Positions 13,621 to 29,033 of a stretch of 64,000 nucleotides of DNA are shown here, piece by piece. A model generated the notes under the pieces. That model worked only from the letters and a program-made list of their open reading frames with translations. It searched no databases and was not told where the DNA came from. The stretch's first letter is position 1. Each line of letters begins with the position of its first letter. The stretch lies in assembly GCF_009914755.1 (NCBI RefSeq), contig NC_060925.1; one strand, written 5' to 3'. The position numbers were made by a program, and so were the translations under genes. Source of the DNA: the human T2T-CHM13v2.0 reference genome, Homo sapiens.

Positions 13621-13971
13621 CAGTGGTCAGGGGAGAGCCAGTGAAGCTGGCAAGGAAGGGAGAACCTAATCAAGGCCAGTTCAGAGGATTTAAGTGGCAA
13701 CAAAGTATAGGGTGGACTAGGGGAGCGAGATCCGGATTCTGAGAGCTTGATTAAAAGGCTGTTGTAATAGGGCAGAAATGCAAATATGGAGACTGAAGAA
13801 AGAATGGAAAGCAGGAGACACAGATGGGACTCATTGCCCTAAGAGTCTGAGTTCTATAGAGAGTCAAACACCGAACTGACTTGATTAAAAAATCAGATTT
13901 CAGAATACTTAAAAAAAAACTTTTTATTACTTTTCTTCAAGCTCATATCGTAAAACACACCATTAGGATAA

Positions 13972-14325
<354 letters not shown>

Positions 14326-15699
14326 GAGAATTTTACTTTTAATAAGATGTTCTCTCTTTGTTCACCAGACTGTCTCTAATATTAGTTGACGTGTACAGAA
14401 CATAAATATTTGTTAGGATGCAATAGTCCAAATTTAGATGCAAATATTATGTTTAAATTGTAACAAAGTGATTGCTTTTTAGTGACATCATTTCAAGGAA
14501 TTGGTAACTTGGTTTTTCATTGGTGTCTTGGCCCATGAAGGATGAGCTTCAGTGGACAGAAGACATGATGACACCCAGTTAGCACCACAAGGCCCTCTCT
14601 CCCAGGCAGTCCAATGTAGCAGGACGCCTACTCTAGTGCACGCTACTGCAGTTACCTCTGCTGGAAACTGCTGGTGAAACCACTGACCTGACCTGGACTA
14701 AGCACCTGAGACTTCTTGCTTCTCAGTTTATCCAGACAACAGCCTCAACTCTGCCCTTGCAGTTGCATGCTACATTCTGTCCAGAATGTTGAGAGCTATA
14801 GCTCTTTCTCTTCCATGGACTAGAGACCTCCCTTTCACCATGAGGTCAATGAAGCTTAACCTCAGGACCTGTCCCTTGCATTGGCCCCTTCCAGGGCCCT
14901 GGAGGAGTCTTGCCAATGTGTTTACATGGTCACCTGTCACTGTAAAATTTGCAAAGCTGATAAGGCTTTGCGATTTAGAATGCGGCCTCTTTCACTCGGA
15001 TTCCCACTCCCTCACATAACTCTTTGGGTGGGGCAGCATTGGAGGGGGCTGCAGGCATTTCTGGAATGCAGTTAAGGGAAAGATGAATGAGTGACAAGTT
15101 TAGCTTGTGTTCATGAAGATATATATTTGTGTAGGTCACAGCCACCTCTACGCATAGTTATGTTACTGCCAGCCATTCCAGAGCACAAATGGCTTTCTGA
15201 AATACTCCCTGTCACCGCTGTGCTGACGCACCCACTGCTTACTATCAGATGCGAGGCTGGAGGTCATGGGGAAATGAGAACGTGTCCTTCAGCTCCCAGC
15301 ACCGGTTACAGATGGAAAGTGGAGGAGAAATAAAGTCTGAAATGTATCAAGCCAAAGATTGTATATAGAGAATTCTTTCAAACAGCAGATGTGGAAAGTT
15401 GTAAGTGGAAGATTCAGTTCTCACAACACCTCATCAGACTGCAAACTCTCTCTTATCATAAAGATGCCTGAAAATGTAGTGTATACAATTACAAAAAAAT
15501 TAGCCCCTTTTGCTGTTATTTTGAATGAGAGTTTTGAGAAATAGTTTATGAGAATTCATACGTTTGTAGGACATGTGCTCTGAGCAGAATGGCAGAGTAC
15601 ATGCCCTATAAACCTGTGTACCTACATATATGGAACAGTTAATATATGACAAAAATGATAGACTTTTTTTCAAATTTGAAAACAATCATAAAAATTTTC

Positions 15700-16109
<410 letters not shown>

Positions 16110-16317
16110 TTATCTTTCTCTTCTCTTTAGGTAGTGACATCTCAAAATTATAATAAAGAAGTAATCAAAGAGTTTGCAACCCAAAGATGTTTTTTAAAAA
16201 GGTTTTTGGAGCAGTGGCAGGGAGCTAATAAAAATATTTCGCTATTTTTCTGGATTTGTGATATTTGTGCCAACACGTTAAAATTTTTAATTTCTTGTGA
16301 TTCTCTCAATCTAATAA

Positions 16318-16612
16318 GGCCAGATATGGTGGCTCAATACCCATAATCCCAGCACTTTGGGAGGCTGAGGCAGGAGAATTGCTTGAGGCCAGGAGTTCAA
16401 GACAAGCCTGGGCAACATAGCAAGACCCTGTCTCTACAAAAACATTTAAAATTAGCAAAGCATGGTGGCACATGCCTGTGGACTCAGCATCTTGGAAGGC
16501 TGAAGTGTAGGATCCGTTGAGCCCAGGAATTTGAGGCTGCAGTGAGCTCTGATTGTGCTACTGCACTCGAACCTGGGAGACAGAAGGAGACCGTCTCTTA
16601 AAAAAAAAAAAA
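16318..16612 (+). mobile_element. AluJ
   Basis: Diverged dimer with gcaacatagcaagaccctgtctctac and gagcccaggaatttgaggctgcagtgagc. Confidence 0.92.
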
Positions 16613-19600
16613 TTAAAACAGATAAACATTCATATTTGTACCTAATTCTTAACTTATAATTTTGGTTCTTTTTTTGACAGAGGAAACTCCAAATTTAAAA
16701 AGCTTCAGGCCCCCAATAAAACCTGGATCCACTGTTGGTCGAGGGAGAAAGGGAGGCAATATTCAAGTTCTCATAACTGGTGAGTCTGTGTTTCTGTAGA
16801 AGTTCCCGTTACAAGGAAACAGGAATTAGTCCTTCAGAACTGAAAAACTGGTCTTTAATCAAGCCAACAAAGGAGTCAGCCTGAATGGTGGCAGACACGA
16901 ATTTTTGGTTTTTTTTTGTTTTTCCAGCAGATTGAGAGAACTTGGACAAGTTATTTATCCTTGAAAATCAGTCTCATCACTGGTAAAACGAGGTTTTGGG
17001 GTTAGATGAACTGAAAGTTCCCTTTTAGTGCTATGTTTTTTATTTTCACAGCTAAGTGTTGCTATGTCAAGGTATTCCATTACTTACTATGGAGAACACA
17101 GAAGAATGACTCATGAATTTTTAATTTGTAAATGACTGCTGCTAAGTTTATGAAACCCTATCATTCTCATAAGTAGGTTATACATATTCCTCATATATTA
17201 TTTCACATCATTCAATTATTTAACAAATCCTTTTTTTCATAACAGGGCAAAGGTACACTTTTGTGCTGCTTCCTCTAAGTAGTCGGGAACTCTGCAGCAG
17301 TGGAATCCAAAGCAATTAAGCTTCCCTGTTACAACTGTACCACCACCTTCATTTCTGCATGCCTCTTAATTTTTGAGCTACCTTATTATATATGTGATCC
17401 TATTTTATCTCCACCACATTCTTAGGCGGTAAATGGAGCAGGGATAATAATCTCTATTTAATGGATTTCAAAACAGATGAAAAAGCGTTAAATGAGTTTT
17501 CTATGAGTTTTAGTTGGGTAGAAACAAAAACAATTGGAATATGGGTCTTCAGATGCCCACTCCCACTATGAAGGTCAGCATATAGAAATGTGTCTAGCAT
17601 GGAAAGGTGAACACTCTGGTTATCACCAGTTACTGGCAAATATTAGCTAAAGCCCTAGGACTACATGAAATGGGGAAATAGGTGGGAGCATAACGCACAG
17701 GAAAGATGAGGACCCCATTCAGCCATTGCTGGGAACAGATCTGAAATTCATGTTCAATATTAAAAGAAAGCCAATTGAGAGTGGCCAGTCCCTGCAGGAA
17801 AATGAAACCTGGTCCTGTCAGCTCCTGCCAGCTTCAGTGCACAGCTAAATGTGCTTGCTGAGTGACTAGTAACCACCAGCTAGCCCAGAGACTATGGAGC
17901 ACAGATAACACATCTAGGCAAAGACTGGCTGGCTAGTGTCGCCTCAGCCACACTGATCTGTTCTCCAATGAATGTTTGCTATTGGGCAGTTTATTCCAAG
18001 TATAGTTAGAGAGGCCAGAGGGGCCATGGGAAGAGGCCACATGCACATCCGCACCTGTGCCTCTCAGTGTGTCCCTGCCTGCGCAGGAGCCTGTTCAAAT
18101 ATTGATCAAAAGCAGCTTTGTCACAGGCGCTGGAAATGGGAGCTCCTTCTGAAACACGGACCCACTTAACCAGAAAAGGAGTGGTGTTTCTAAGAACTGT
18201 CACTTTGAGAATTCAGCTTGGAAGGTAGGACAGCTCACAGATGTTGTATAAGATCCTTGAATATGAATTTGGTGACTAGCTGTCTTGCAATATTTGCCAG
18301 CTATTTCCTTTCATATACATATTTATTTCTTTTCTTTTATATATTTATTTCAGATATATTTTCCTTTCATATGCATATATACATACACAGATATACACAT
18401 ATGCTCACGTATATATACACGCACACATAAATATGTTTGAAACCTCACTGAGAGAAACATCCAGAACACATTTTAGACATAAGGTGACATGGCATTCAGC
18501 TCTGAGCCCAAGTATATGTCAGCTGAGGCCTGCTATGGTCAGGACTCCCTTGCTGATGAGGTCTGTCCAGCATAGCAGTCCACACTGTCCTCCACAACGA
18601 CACCAGACCACCAGAGACACTTGAAGTCACCAGTGCAATCAAAATTTCAGTCCTCATTAGCACAATAAAATTCAAATGTAGTTAAAGTGAAAACTACAGC
18701 ATCCAATTGCTGATTCTGACTTCTCAGAGATTTTAATGGAGAAAAACACATCTTGGTTTTATTATCTGCCCGAAAACTGATTTTTAAAGTCTCTTCCTGC
18801 CTTACATTTAACACCTCTGGTAAAATTATATTGTTTAGAGTTCCTTGCACATCTATGCTATTTCATGCCCTTTGCCAAAGATAATTTACAACTATGAGAA
18901 AGGGATGGAGTAGGAAGAGATGACTCCCGCTTAATGAATGCTGTCTGAATGCCAGGGTCTGTACAATGCATGTGTCTTTTATACCTCCAATATTAGAATG
19001 CCCACTTCCCAGATGAATAAACTGAGAATCCTAAAGGTTAAGCAATTCACCTGAAGTTACACAGGGAGTTAATTCTTGTCTGCTCAACCCCTAAGACTTA
19101 TCTCCAAGGGCCAAATCTGTGAGCTGTGTTTATGACAACTAACAATTTGTCAAACCCTGGGGGTTCTTTGGCCCTTTGCAAGCGAAATCAGTCTGCATTT
19201 GCAGGTTGCTCAAATGTTCACAAGTCCGACATTTCACCACAGAAGGCAGACTCATAAAATATTTTATGCAGTAAAACTGCTGATAAAGGCTTATCTTCTA
19301 GATAGGACCCAAAGAACAGACAGTTCATTATTTTTCTAACTGTTCCTTTATGTTAATGAACCTTGGTCAATGTTCCAGTAGTGGCATAAAAAATCTGGGA
19401 ATGTAAATAAAAGACTTGGCCCTTTTCCTTGATTGTAGGTTTGTCATTTAACTTTGCTATGTTCTACTTTCCTTGTCTATAAAACAGGTACAATAATCAT
19501 GCTGAAGGTATGATGAGACTATATATATGAAAGCTCTTAGAAAATGGTATTCAGGCTATTCAGGTATCTTGGCTTTCATCTACTAAATACAGACATGGTG

Positions 19601-19622
19601 TGAAATAGACACATACTTGTAC

Positions 19623-19887
19623 AATAATAGCTGATGTTGACATTGACTGTTTACTGTGTACAGACGCTGTGCTAAGTGCCTACAGTCACCATTTCATTTC
19701 ATCCTTTCAACACTGTGGGATAGGTATTGGTGTTATTCCCATTTCACAAGTGGGAAAAAGCAAGGCATGGAAAGATAAGTAACTCTCCAAGTCATACAGT
19801 GGGAAAAGGTGGAGTCAGGTGGAATTTCAACCCAGGAGGCTTCTTTTCAGAGCCTGTGCTGTTAACTGCTATCTTATACTGCCTCCC
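19623..19887 (-). mobile_element. MIR, near full length
   Basis: aataatagct...tgtgctaagtgc...cccatttcacaag...ttcaacccagg...tatactgcctc. Confidence 0.8.
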
Positions 19888-19898
19888 ATATATAAGTA

Positions 19899-20695
<797 letters not shown>

Positions 20696-21114
20696 TCACT
20701 ATGTTGGCACCCTGGAAGAGAGCCTCATTAGTCCCCAGCACCAATGGATAATGTCTCAGTTCTTGGTGTTTCCTGACCAGTCTCTTCCTATTGCTTCTCC
20801 TGAACGACCATCACGCTCTGGCCTTTCCTTCTGCTGAAATTCAGTGACTTTCAATACCTATTCACATTGCTCTTCCTGCCTGACTGCCAGGAAGCCTTCT
20901 CAAACTCCAAGGCTGGCCTGCCTTTCCACTTTGCTCTGGCCCTTAGAACACCCTGAGCTTCCCTCTGTCCCAGGAGGACCCCTTTACTCCTGGATCTGTT
21001 TCCTGTCATATGCACCTCAAGGGCTGTACTGCGTTTTCCTCATCTTTGTATCATCAGGATTTCATGCGGCCCACATTTAAGTTTCTCAAGTAGTAAGTCT
21101 CTAAAAATTGCTAG

Positions 21115-21365
21115 ACAATGGCATCTTGGATTGAATCCAGGAACAGATGAAGGACATTCTTGTGGAAAAACAGGTAAAATCTGAATAAAATCTGAAGTTT
21201 AGTTAATAGTATTGTGCCAGCATTGATCTCCTAGTTTTGATAAATGTACCATAGTTATGTAAGTTGTTAACATTAGAGGAAGCTGAATGAAGAGTATATG
21301 AAAACTTTCTGTATCATCTTTGCAACGTTTCTGTCAATCTACAACTATTTTGAAATAAAAAGTTC
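21115..21365 (+). mobile_element. L1MD/L1ME 3' UTR terminus
   Basis: agtttagttaatagtattgt...gataaatgtaccatagttatgtaag...ctttgcaac...aaataaaaagtt. Confidence 0.75.
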
Positions 21366-21679
21366 AAAAGTCCATCATTAGACAGCTTTGTAGCACAGTG
21401 GTTAAGGCCATCTTTTTGGAGTCAGGCAGACCTAAGTCACCTACTACACGTACTGTGTGGTCTGAGGCAAAGCAAAGCATACAGTATCTCCCAACCTCAT
21501 TGTTAAATGGCCTGACACAGTAGAAACATTCAGTAATTGGTAATTGCTTTTGTTAAAATAAATGTTATATTCATAATAATATAGTATTATTTCTATAATA
21601 ATTTAGCGAGGATATGGTCTGATCTTTCTTTTTTAAACTTAGCTCACACTGCACACCAGCATCCCACATCTGCCTCTCT

Positions 21680-22270
21680 GCTCAACAGATAGCATTCTCA
21701 ATGTGCTAGGCTCTATTCCGACACTGGAAGTACAACAGTGAACAAAGCACAAAAAATCCCTGCTGTAAACAGCTTACCTTCTAGTGGAAAGAGACAGGCA
21801 ATAGACATAAAATTTATAATACACTGGTTCTCAAAGTGAGTTCCCAGACCAGCAGCATCAGAATCACCTGGGAACTTTTTAGAAATGCAAATTCTTGGGC
21901 CTAACCCTAGATCTACTGAATCAGAAATCTGGGGATGGGCTCAGCAGACTGTTTTAATAAGCCCTCTAGGTGATTCTGATAAGTACTCAGGTTTAAGAAA
22001 CACTGATACAGTGTCAGTGATAATCACTATTTTGGAGAGAACTAAAGCAGGAAATGGGTGGAGTGCTGGGGTGAGGAGACAGATTGTGGCTTTCAACAGG
22101 GTGATCAGAAAAGCCTTACTTCAAAGGTAACACCTGCTTGAAAACATCAAGATGAGGAAGTGGGCCTCCAAAATATCAAGGGAAGAGTGTTTCTGGGAAA
22201 GGAATATCAAACGCAAAGGCACTGAGTCAGGAGCAGGCCTGAGCTGTTCAAAGAAGAGCAGCTGTCCTGG
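21680..22270 (-). mobile_element. L2 3' end, antisense, interrupted by MER5A
   Basis: tgtgctaggctctattc...aacagtgaacaaagcac...ttctagtgg, resuming with ggtgatcagaaaagcctt. Confidence 0.7.
21822..22005. mobile_element. MER5A
   Basis: cactggttctcaaagtg...cagcagcatcagaatcacctgggaac...tactgaatcagaaat...aagaaacactg. Confidence 0.9.
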
Positions 22271-23004
22271 GAGAGGTGGTGGGGCTCCAGGTTGCGTAGG
22301 GACTGGTAAGCCATTGCCCAAGAGTGTGACAGTCACACAGTCAATCATGGTTCTGCCAAAAACACTCTGCCTTTTCCTGTATGGCTCCAGGCCCTCCTCT
22401 ACCCCCAAATCCACCCACCCTGCCTACCCTTCGTGGCTCTAGCCAGTTCCTTCTCTTCCTTGGGCTTCTCCATCCCCAACTTCTGATAAATAATTTGATA
22501 AATAGTTTGCTTGTTTTTGCCCTGTTGGACTGCTTAGTCTGAAAGAGAAACTCAGTCTTTTCCCTTCTTTCTTCACACTGCCTATCACAATGCCTGTGCA
22601 TTGTGTCTGCCCCATAAATATTTACTAAGCTTCTCTTAAGGTGCCAGGATAGAAACCAACACATATTGGCACACAATAAACATTATTAATGCTGCCAATA
22701 ATTTTGAAATTTCCTCTGTCACAGGGCACACAGGTTCATTCTCAAAGCCAAAGTATTTTGGATTCAGTTGAAGGATTAACCCAGAGTGTGACTTACAACC
22801 GGGAGAGGCACTCCCTATTCCCAGCTGCTCTCCCTTTGTGCCTGAATAGTTCTGGTTGGCTACAGCTCTGAGTATTGACAAAGAGCATCATCAATGTACT
22901 GCTAACCTTGGGCCAAAATACACCAAGCAGACAGGTAGCATGAAAAAAAAAAAATGGGTATTATGATCAGTCAGAGCTGGGTTTGAATTCAAGCCCAACC
23001 ACCC

Positions 23005-23415
23005 ATAGGGGATCTTACCCTTTTTTTTTTTTTTTTTCTAATATTGTAAATCCCTTTAGCAACTGAGATTGAAGCGTATGGACCATTTCCCAGTATGAGG
23101 CTTTTAAATGCATAAAATAAAGTGTATAAGATTACAGAGTAGATAATTTTTATTGAGATATAATAATGTTAAAAGCTATCAGAACACTTATAAAAATTGT
23201 GCTATAGTAATATTTCTACCTCATTATTGGTGCATTAAGTAATAAGATTTAGAGGCAGGTTTAATAAGTACCAAAATGTTGATGTAATACTGAGTGTAAA
23301 TGATATTTCAAGATACTTAGAGTGTATGATGTTGTTAGAGGTAGGTGGAAGAAAAAAAGATTTTTTTCATCTTGTATCATCCTGAATTCTCTGCAAAGAC
23401 CTGTTAATAACCCCA
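23005..23415. mobile_element. MER119-like hAT-Charlie element nested in a MIR
   Basis: ttttaaatgcataaaataaagtgtataagattacag core; flanks read as the two halves of a MIR (tcagagctgggtttgaattc / aacttgggacaaactactt). Confidence 0.7.
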
Positions 23416-24209
23416 TATTATAACTTGGGACAAACTACTTTGCTTCTCTAAGTTTCAATATCCTTACCTGTAAAATGATGCTCAATAGATGGCAGGTATT
23501 ATTATTATTATTTTCAGCAGCAGTGTTAGTAGTTAAGGATACCCCATAAATATCCTGTAACATACTCTGTGTCACTTCTTGGTTATTAGCAGGGTCAGTT
23601 CTGTAAGTTGACTCAGTAGGAGGTCATCCTTTTGAGGATTTTTACTCCCCAAATGTCCCATATTGGCCTGAAATTTTATCTTTAGAAAAGAATGCATAGC
23701 TTTGGTAATGAAAGACTTTCAATTGCAAGAGACCCCTAATAAAAAATAAGAATTCCTGACAATCACCCTAAACCCTAGTCACACCCCACATAGTCCTAAG
23801 TTGGAAAGTGAAATATTTGCTAACCCAGGAGAAAAGATGAATGGCTTTAAAATAAAAAAGATGATATATACTTGGGACAATCTGCCCCCAATTCACTCTT
23901 TTCCCAGAGGACACTTTAAGGAGATGTAATTGTTTGCCAAACAAGATCATACCTTGTCTATAGTCATGGTCTCAAAGAGGATTTTCCTAAAGTTCAGTGG
24001 TGTATTTGGTTATAATTTGCCTGTGCCTATATAACCCATATATACCAGTTCATTCTTCAACTAAATTCCATCTTAAAATCATATCTTGACTATCTCTAAG
24101 TGACATTAAGTTGGTTTTCAAGCACTTGAGAGAAAAGTCCTTTCCTGAGGACCACCATTCCAAAATTGCTCTCTTCATGCTCCATGCAGTTTCTTCAAGC
24201 TGTGTGATA

Positions 24210-24345
24210 CAATGCCCCCCAAACTTCAGTGTGCCTCAGAATCACCTGGAGAAACCATTCAGATTGCTGGAGGAACCCACAGAGATTCTCATTCAGAGGC
24301 CTGGGAGAAGGCCTGAAAATTTGCATTTTTAATAAGCTCCCTGGT
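24210..24345. mobile_element. MER5-family fragment
   Basis: aaacttcagtgtgcctcagaatcacctggag...tttgcatttttaataagctccc. Confidence 0.75.
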
Positions 24346-24719
24346 TTCTTTACCTCTATGAGCCCAGTTTCCTTATTATTAAACCAGGATAATGATACCT
24401 TTTTTACAGGATTAATGAGCAGATGAGAAAAAGATAAGATATGTAAATATATTCAAAATACTAAGTCCCCAGCAGAAATGCAATAACTATTAATTCCCAT
24501 GATGGGACATCGTTAGAGAGAGAAGGGGATATGTCAGAGAAAGCATTAAAGAGGACACGAGAGCAGTCTTGAAGCAATGGAAATTAGTAAAAGAGAAGAA
24601 AGCGAAGGGTGTTCCCAGAATTTAAAAAAACAAAACAAAACCGTATGCAGAGGCTGTGTGTACAAAAAAAAATAGCTAACTCAGAAAGCTGCCAAAGCTA
24701 CCCTTGGCTGAAGCAAGTG

Positions 24720-25215
24720 CATGGATCATATGAACATACTCAGGGTCTTGATGACAAGGGCCCTTTGTGCCATGCTAAAAAGTTTCAATTCAATTCTGAA
24801 GGAGATAGGAATGGTTGACGTTTTTTAAACAGGTCAGTAACATGAAATGGGGACAAAGGAAGAGGAAGGGCTCTAGGCTGATGCCTAAGTTTCTGTCTTG
24901 AGTTTACATGTATGTGATGATGATGATGATGCAACCCACCAGAAGAAGTGCCACAGAAGAAAAACCTAGTTGGGGAAGAAGGTAATGAGTTAAATTCTCG
25001 ATGTCTAATTCAAGGCACCTAGAAGACACCCACATAGAGCTAACAAGGGGTAGTGAGACATGTGAATCTATATGTCTTAGAGAAATCTTGAAGCCTGAGT
25101 CTAGAAGACCTCAGCATATAGGTGGAAGTTACATCCACAGGAATAGATGAAATCGCCCATGGAGGATGTAGTACGAGAGACGCCTTAAGGACAGAACTCT
25201 GGAGGACAACGTTTA
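24720..25215 (-). mobile_element. L2 fragments
   Basis: ggctgatgcctaagtttctgtcttgag and agcatataggtggaagtt...gatgaaatcgccca resemble antisense L2. Confidence 0.6.
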
Positions 25216-28200
25216 AGAGCAATTTCCAATGGAGTTGAAGTCAAGGTTCATGACAGAGGGCAGGTCCCCCTGTTTACCAGTCTGATAATATCTACACACA
25301 GTGAATTCTGGTTTAAATGGACATCAAGGTCAGCCTTGGTCAGTGGTACTCACAAAATCCAACACAACACTTAGGTGGTAGAAGCAATGCAAGGAAACAT
25401 CACTAATAGGCCATAGACAGGAATATGCTTGCCGGTAATAATTGGGGGTGAGTGTGATCCCCAGCACTGCCCCTCCAAATTCCTCAGTTGCCACAGTTCC
25501 TAGATGAGGGAGTCCCAAAGCAATTACCCCGATTGCTCATCTTGTAGAGAGAGTCTCTTCATTAATTTTTGCATGAGTGAGATCCCAAGATTTATCATAG
25601 CTCAGAAATAATCCACAGGAAGAAAGACATCATCCGCCACAAGTCATCAAAAACTAAATGCTGTCCACTTTCCTCTTCCTTAGGATAAACAAGACACTGA
25701 CATGGCACTGACATGGATCCTGTTCATACTGCCAAGGCTATCATCTGTGTTTGGCCAAACCACCACAAACAAGCAGGATCCCACACCAGGCAGCCCCAGG
25801 GCACTCGCTGTTCCTGCCACAGGCTTCAGAAGCATCTCACCCACAAGGGCACCATTCAGAAGCAGGCTGTGTGAGCCCGGGGTAGAGTAAGACAAACAAT
25901 GGCAGAAAAGTAGAAGGGAGTCTGGGCTCATTCTCTGTGGGACAGGACAAGAGAGGAGCAATGGGGGCATTCACAGGGAGAAGGAAATGCTCTGCCTTCA
26001 GGGGTGGTGAGTTGGGGGCGTCACGATTAGACCAGAAGGAAACTCAATGTTTATAAAAATCCAAACCTACAGATTAATTAGGGAGCAATTTCAAAAGTAG
26101 TTTTTTTCCTCCCCTTAAAGAATGAATTTATGCACTCATGCATGAAAATACTTTCTCATTTCAGGGAGTATATCATGCAAAAGATGAGGCACACCTGCAT
26201 CTGGGCCTGGGGATCTCCAAGTAATTAACAATCCGTTGTTATCTTCAAAGATGTTTTCTTAGGAAGAAAACCTGGGCCCTAAGCCTTGAGAGAACGTAGC
26301 CCCTATCCTGATTTCACAAGAATTGGGGCTAAGGGCTGGAGGCTTGAGAACCGGACCGAGGCTTTGACAGGATTGTCACAGGCTAGGAAAACACAGGAAA
26401 TGTTTAATCAGAAGGAATGAAAACACAGTGTACAAAGAGAAATCTGATCTCCATAGCCTATCTTTATTATGGCTAAGCGGTGTGGGGAGGGGAGAAGTGA
26501 ATCTAAAACCACCAGACTGTTGAAACAGAACTGTTAATGGGGCAAAAAGCCTGCCTCAAGACAAAAATGGGTTGTCCAGCTCTCGGTAAACACCTGTGCC
26601 AGCTGGGAGCCGTGGTATTCAGGCTCGTAAGTACCTCAGACTGGAACATACTATTCTCACAGTCTGCACCTGTGAACTTTCTAGAGGGATTTGTTCCAGT
26701 TTGTGATTACTCCTTGGAATGTGAAGCCTTTCACTCTGGACCTATACAGGCCATCTCCCAAGGTAGTGTCCCATTAAAAAAGAAGGGAGAGAAAAGCCTA
26801 ACTGGCCTGTGAGCTCTGGAGAGGGTGGGAGGGAGTGGGATAGGAGTTCAAGCTGAATCCTGCCCCTCCAAGCTCATTGCTGGCCCCTGAAGTGACTTGG
26901 GTGAGCATGATCACCCATCTGCCAATCAAAGGCTGAACTTCAGGGCCCAGGCAAATGGTAAGAAACTCTTCTTTAACTTGTGCTATTTAAAAAATATAAA
27001 TCTTCACAGAGGGGAGGATTCCTTTTATGAGGTCCTGTAGGTCCTGCTTATGGAAGTGAAAAAGGTGTTGCTCTCCTCAGGAGTAGATGCTGGTTAAATA
27101 TTTCTTGGCTGAGTCAGGTGAGAATGCACTTCCATGGGGTTGGAAGAGTTGTTTAGTAGAAGCAATACAAGGAAACATCACCAACAGGTCATAGGGTGTT
27201 AGAAGGAAAAGTGCTTGCTGATGTAGTGTGAGAGAAGACCTAAGGATAGAATTCTGGAGAATAGCTTTTAAGAAAGAGCAATTTCCAATGAAGTTCAAGT
27301 CAAGGTTTTATTTGTTTGCCAAAGGACATTTTCCCCAAGAAAACCTAGAGAGGTGCAATGCAGAAAATTACAGCCTCTCAGGCTGCATCAGAAGGCGGTT
27401 CTAGTGACCTTCCCTGCTCAGCATCTCCTGCTCCTTCTGAGTCCTCCTCTGGGACATCTTGCAAGACCCTGGACACCTTTGAGCTCAGTTTGGAAACACA
27501 GAATTAATCAATATCACTAAGTGTCTACTCCCAGCTCCCATTTGCACCTACAATTAAGTGGCCGACTTCTCAGCAGAGCCTTGCACGCTTCAGCCGATTT
27601 GTCAGAGCACATCTACTGCTCCGTGGTGCCTTAGAAAGGCGTTGGTAGAAGGCTGCAAATCAGCCCTTTAGGAAATTGGCAGTTCCCATTCCAGGACAGG
27701 CCTACCATTGGGTCTCTGGGCATCTGCATTGTACAAGCCCTAAGCTAGTAAAAGCCTCACTGGGCTATGTCCTTGGACTTCCTCTAATATTCATTGTCAG
27801 CAAATATGAATAATGCCTAAATTTCAGAATTACCACTGGGCTAAATTAATCTTCTCTAGAACGAATGCATCTTTAATACTTCCATCAAAAACTACTTTGA
27901 GAAAAAGAGAGAAGGGTTACCTTATTTCCAGGCATCTTGTGTCAACAATCCACTTTAGGTTCCATACTTGCCACTCTTGAATAATTAAAAGTCAAGGTCG
28001 CACATGTCACTGAAGAAACCTGTAATGAACATTTAAGCATAAGTATTAGACTCTCTAAATTACCTCAGACTGTTCTTTAAAGGGTATTAAGAGAGACAGA
28101 GAGATCTTGGCCTAATTTTTATTTGGGAAAACAGCTTTTTGTGATTTCATAACTTTTGCTTACATAAAAAGATTTAAAAATTTAAGGTAAACTCTCACTG

Positions 28201-28759
28201 ACTAGATGACACAGCCTTCTTCTAGATGAATATTGTAAGGTTTTGAGACAGCAGTGATGTCCTGATCCACATGGCAGATGGTGGAAGTAATTTCAGATAT
28301 CCTCAAATCCTACACCCACATTCTACAAGTAAGCGAATTGAGGTCCAGGTGGGTAAAGAAATTTTCTTCATACACTAAAGCTAGCTAGCAGGCAGACAGA
28401 AACAAGAATCTTGTGTTTATGGCTCCAAATGCAGTGCTTTTCCTACTACATCATGTAACAAATGCAGAACAATTAGTAAACATCTCTCAGAGCTGCTGTT
28501 TTGCTTCCAGCGCAATTCAAATTGTGTTCATCAGACTCATTTATATGCCGCTAACAAGAATGCCTGCATCAGTTATGTCTTGCACACATTTGTTATAAAG
28601 AGAATGACCTTTAGACCTTCAAATGTGTCTTTCATTTGTTGGGGCTCTGTGGACAAGCTGGAAGGATTGGGATGTTTCTGAAAAGCCAAAGAGTGTGCAG
28701 ATGGCTGGAACACAGGGCTTCTCCTGCCGGTAATGGGAAGGAGGAAGTATAGTGAGCCT

Positions 28760-28933
28760 CGTGATTCTCAAGCCTGGATCCATTAGAATCATTCAGAGAG
28801 GTATTTTTACAGTACAGTGCCAACCTACATAGCCAGAGTTTTTTATTTATTTGGCCTGGGGTGGGTCCAGAGCACTGGTGTTTTCCAAGCTTCCTTTGGT
28901 GATGTGCATAGGCAGATAGGGTTGAGAATCACC
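28760..28933. mobile_element. MER5-family element
   Basis: gtgattctcaagcctgg...attagaatca...ggcctggggtgggtcc...gggttgagaatcac. Confidence 0.7.
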
Positions 28934-28939
28934 TTATCT

Positions 28940-29033
28940 CAAGGTTTAGGTATCAGAACTGGGTTTGATAAAAGCAAGGTTTTGGTATCAGAACTGGGTT
29001 TGATAAGAGCAAGGTTTTGGTATCAGAACTGGG
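28940..29033. repeat. 35-bp tandem repeat, about 2.7 copies
   Basis: Unit caaggttt(t/a)ggtatcagaactgggtttgataa(a/g)ag starts at 28940, 28975 and 29010. Confidence 0.95.

Noticed and set aside
28940-29033. 35-bp direct repeats resembling a CRISPR array
   Set aside because: Units are contiguous with no unique spacers, there are no cas genes, and the context is primate.
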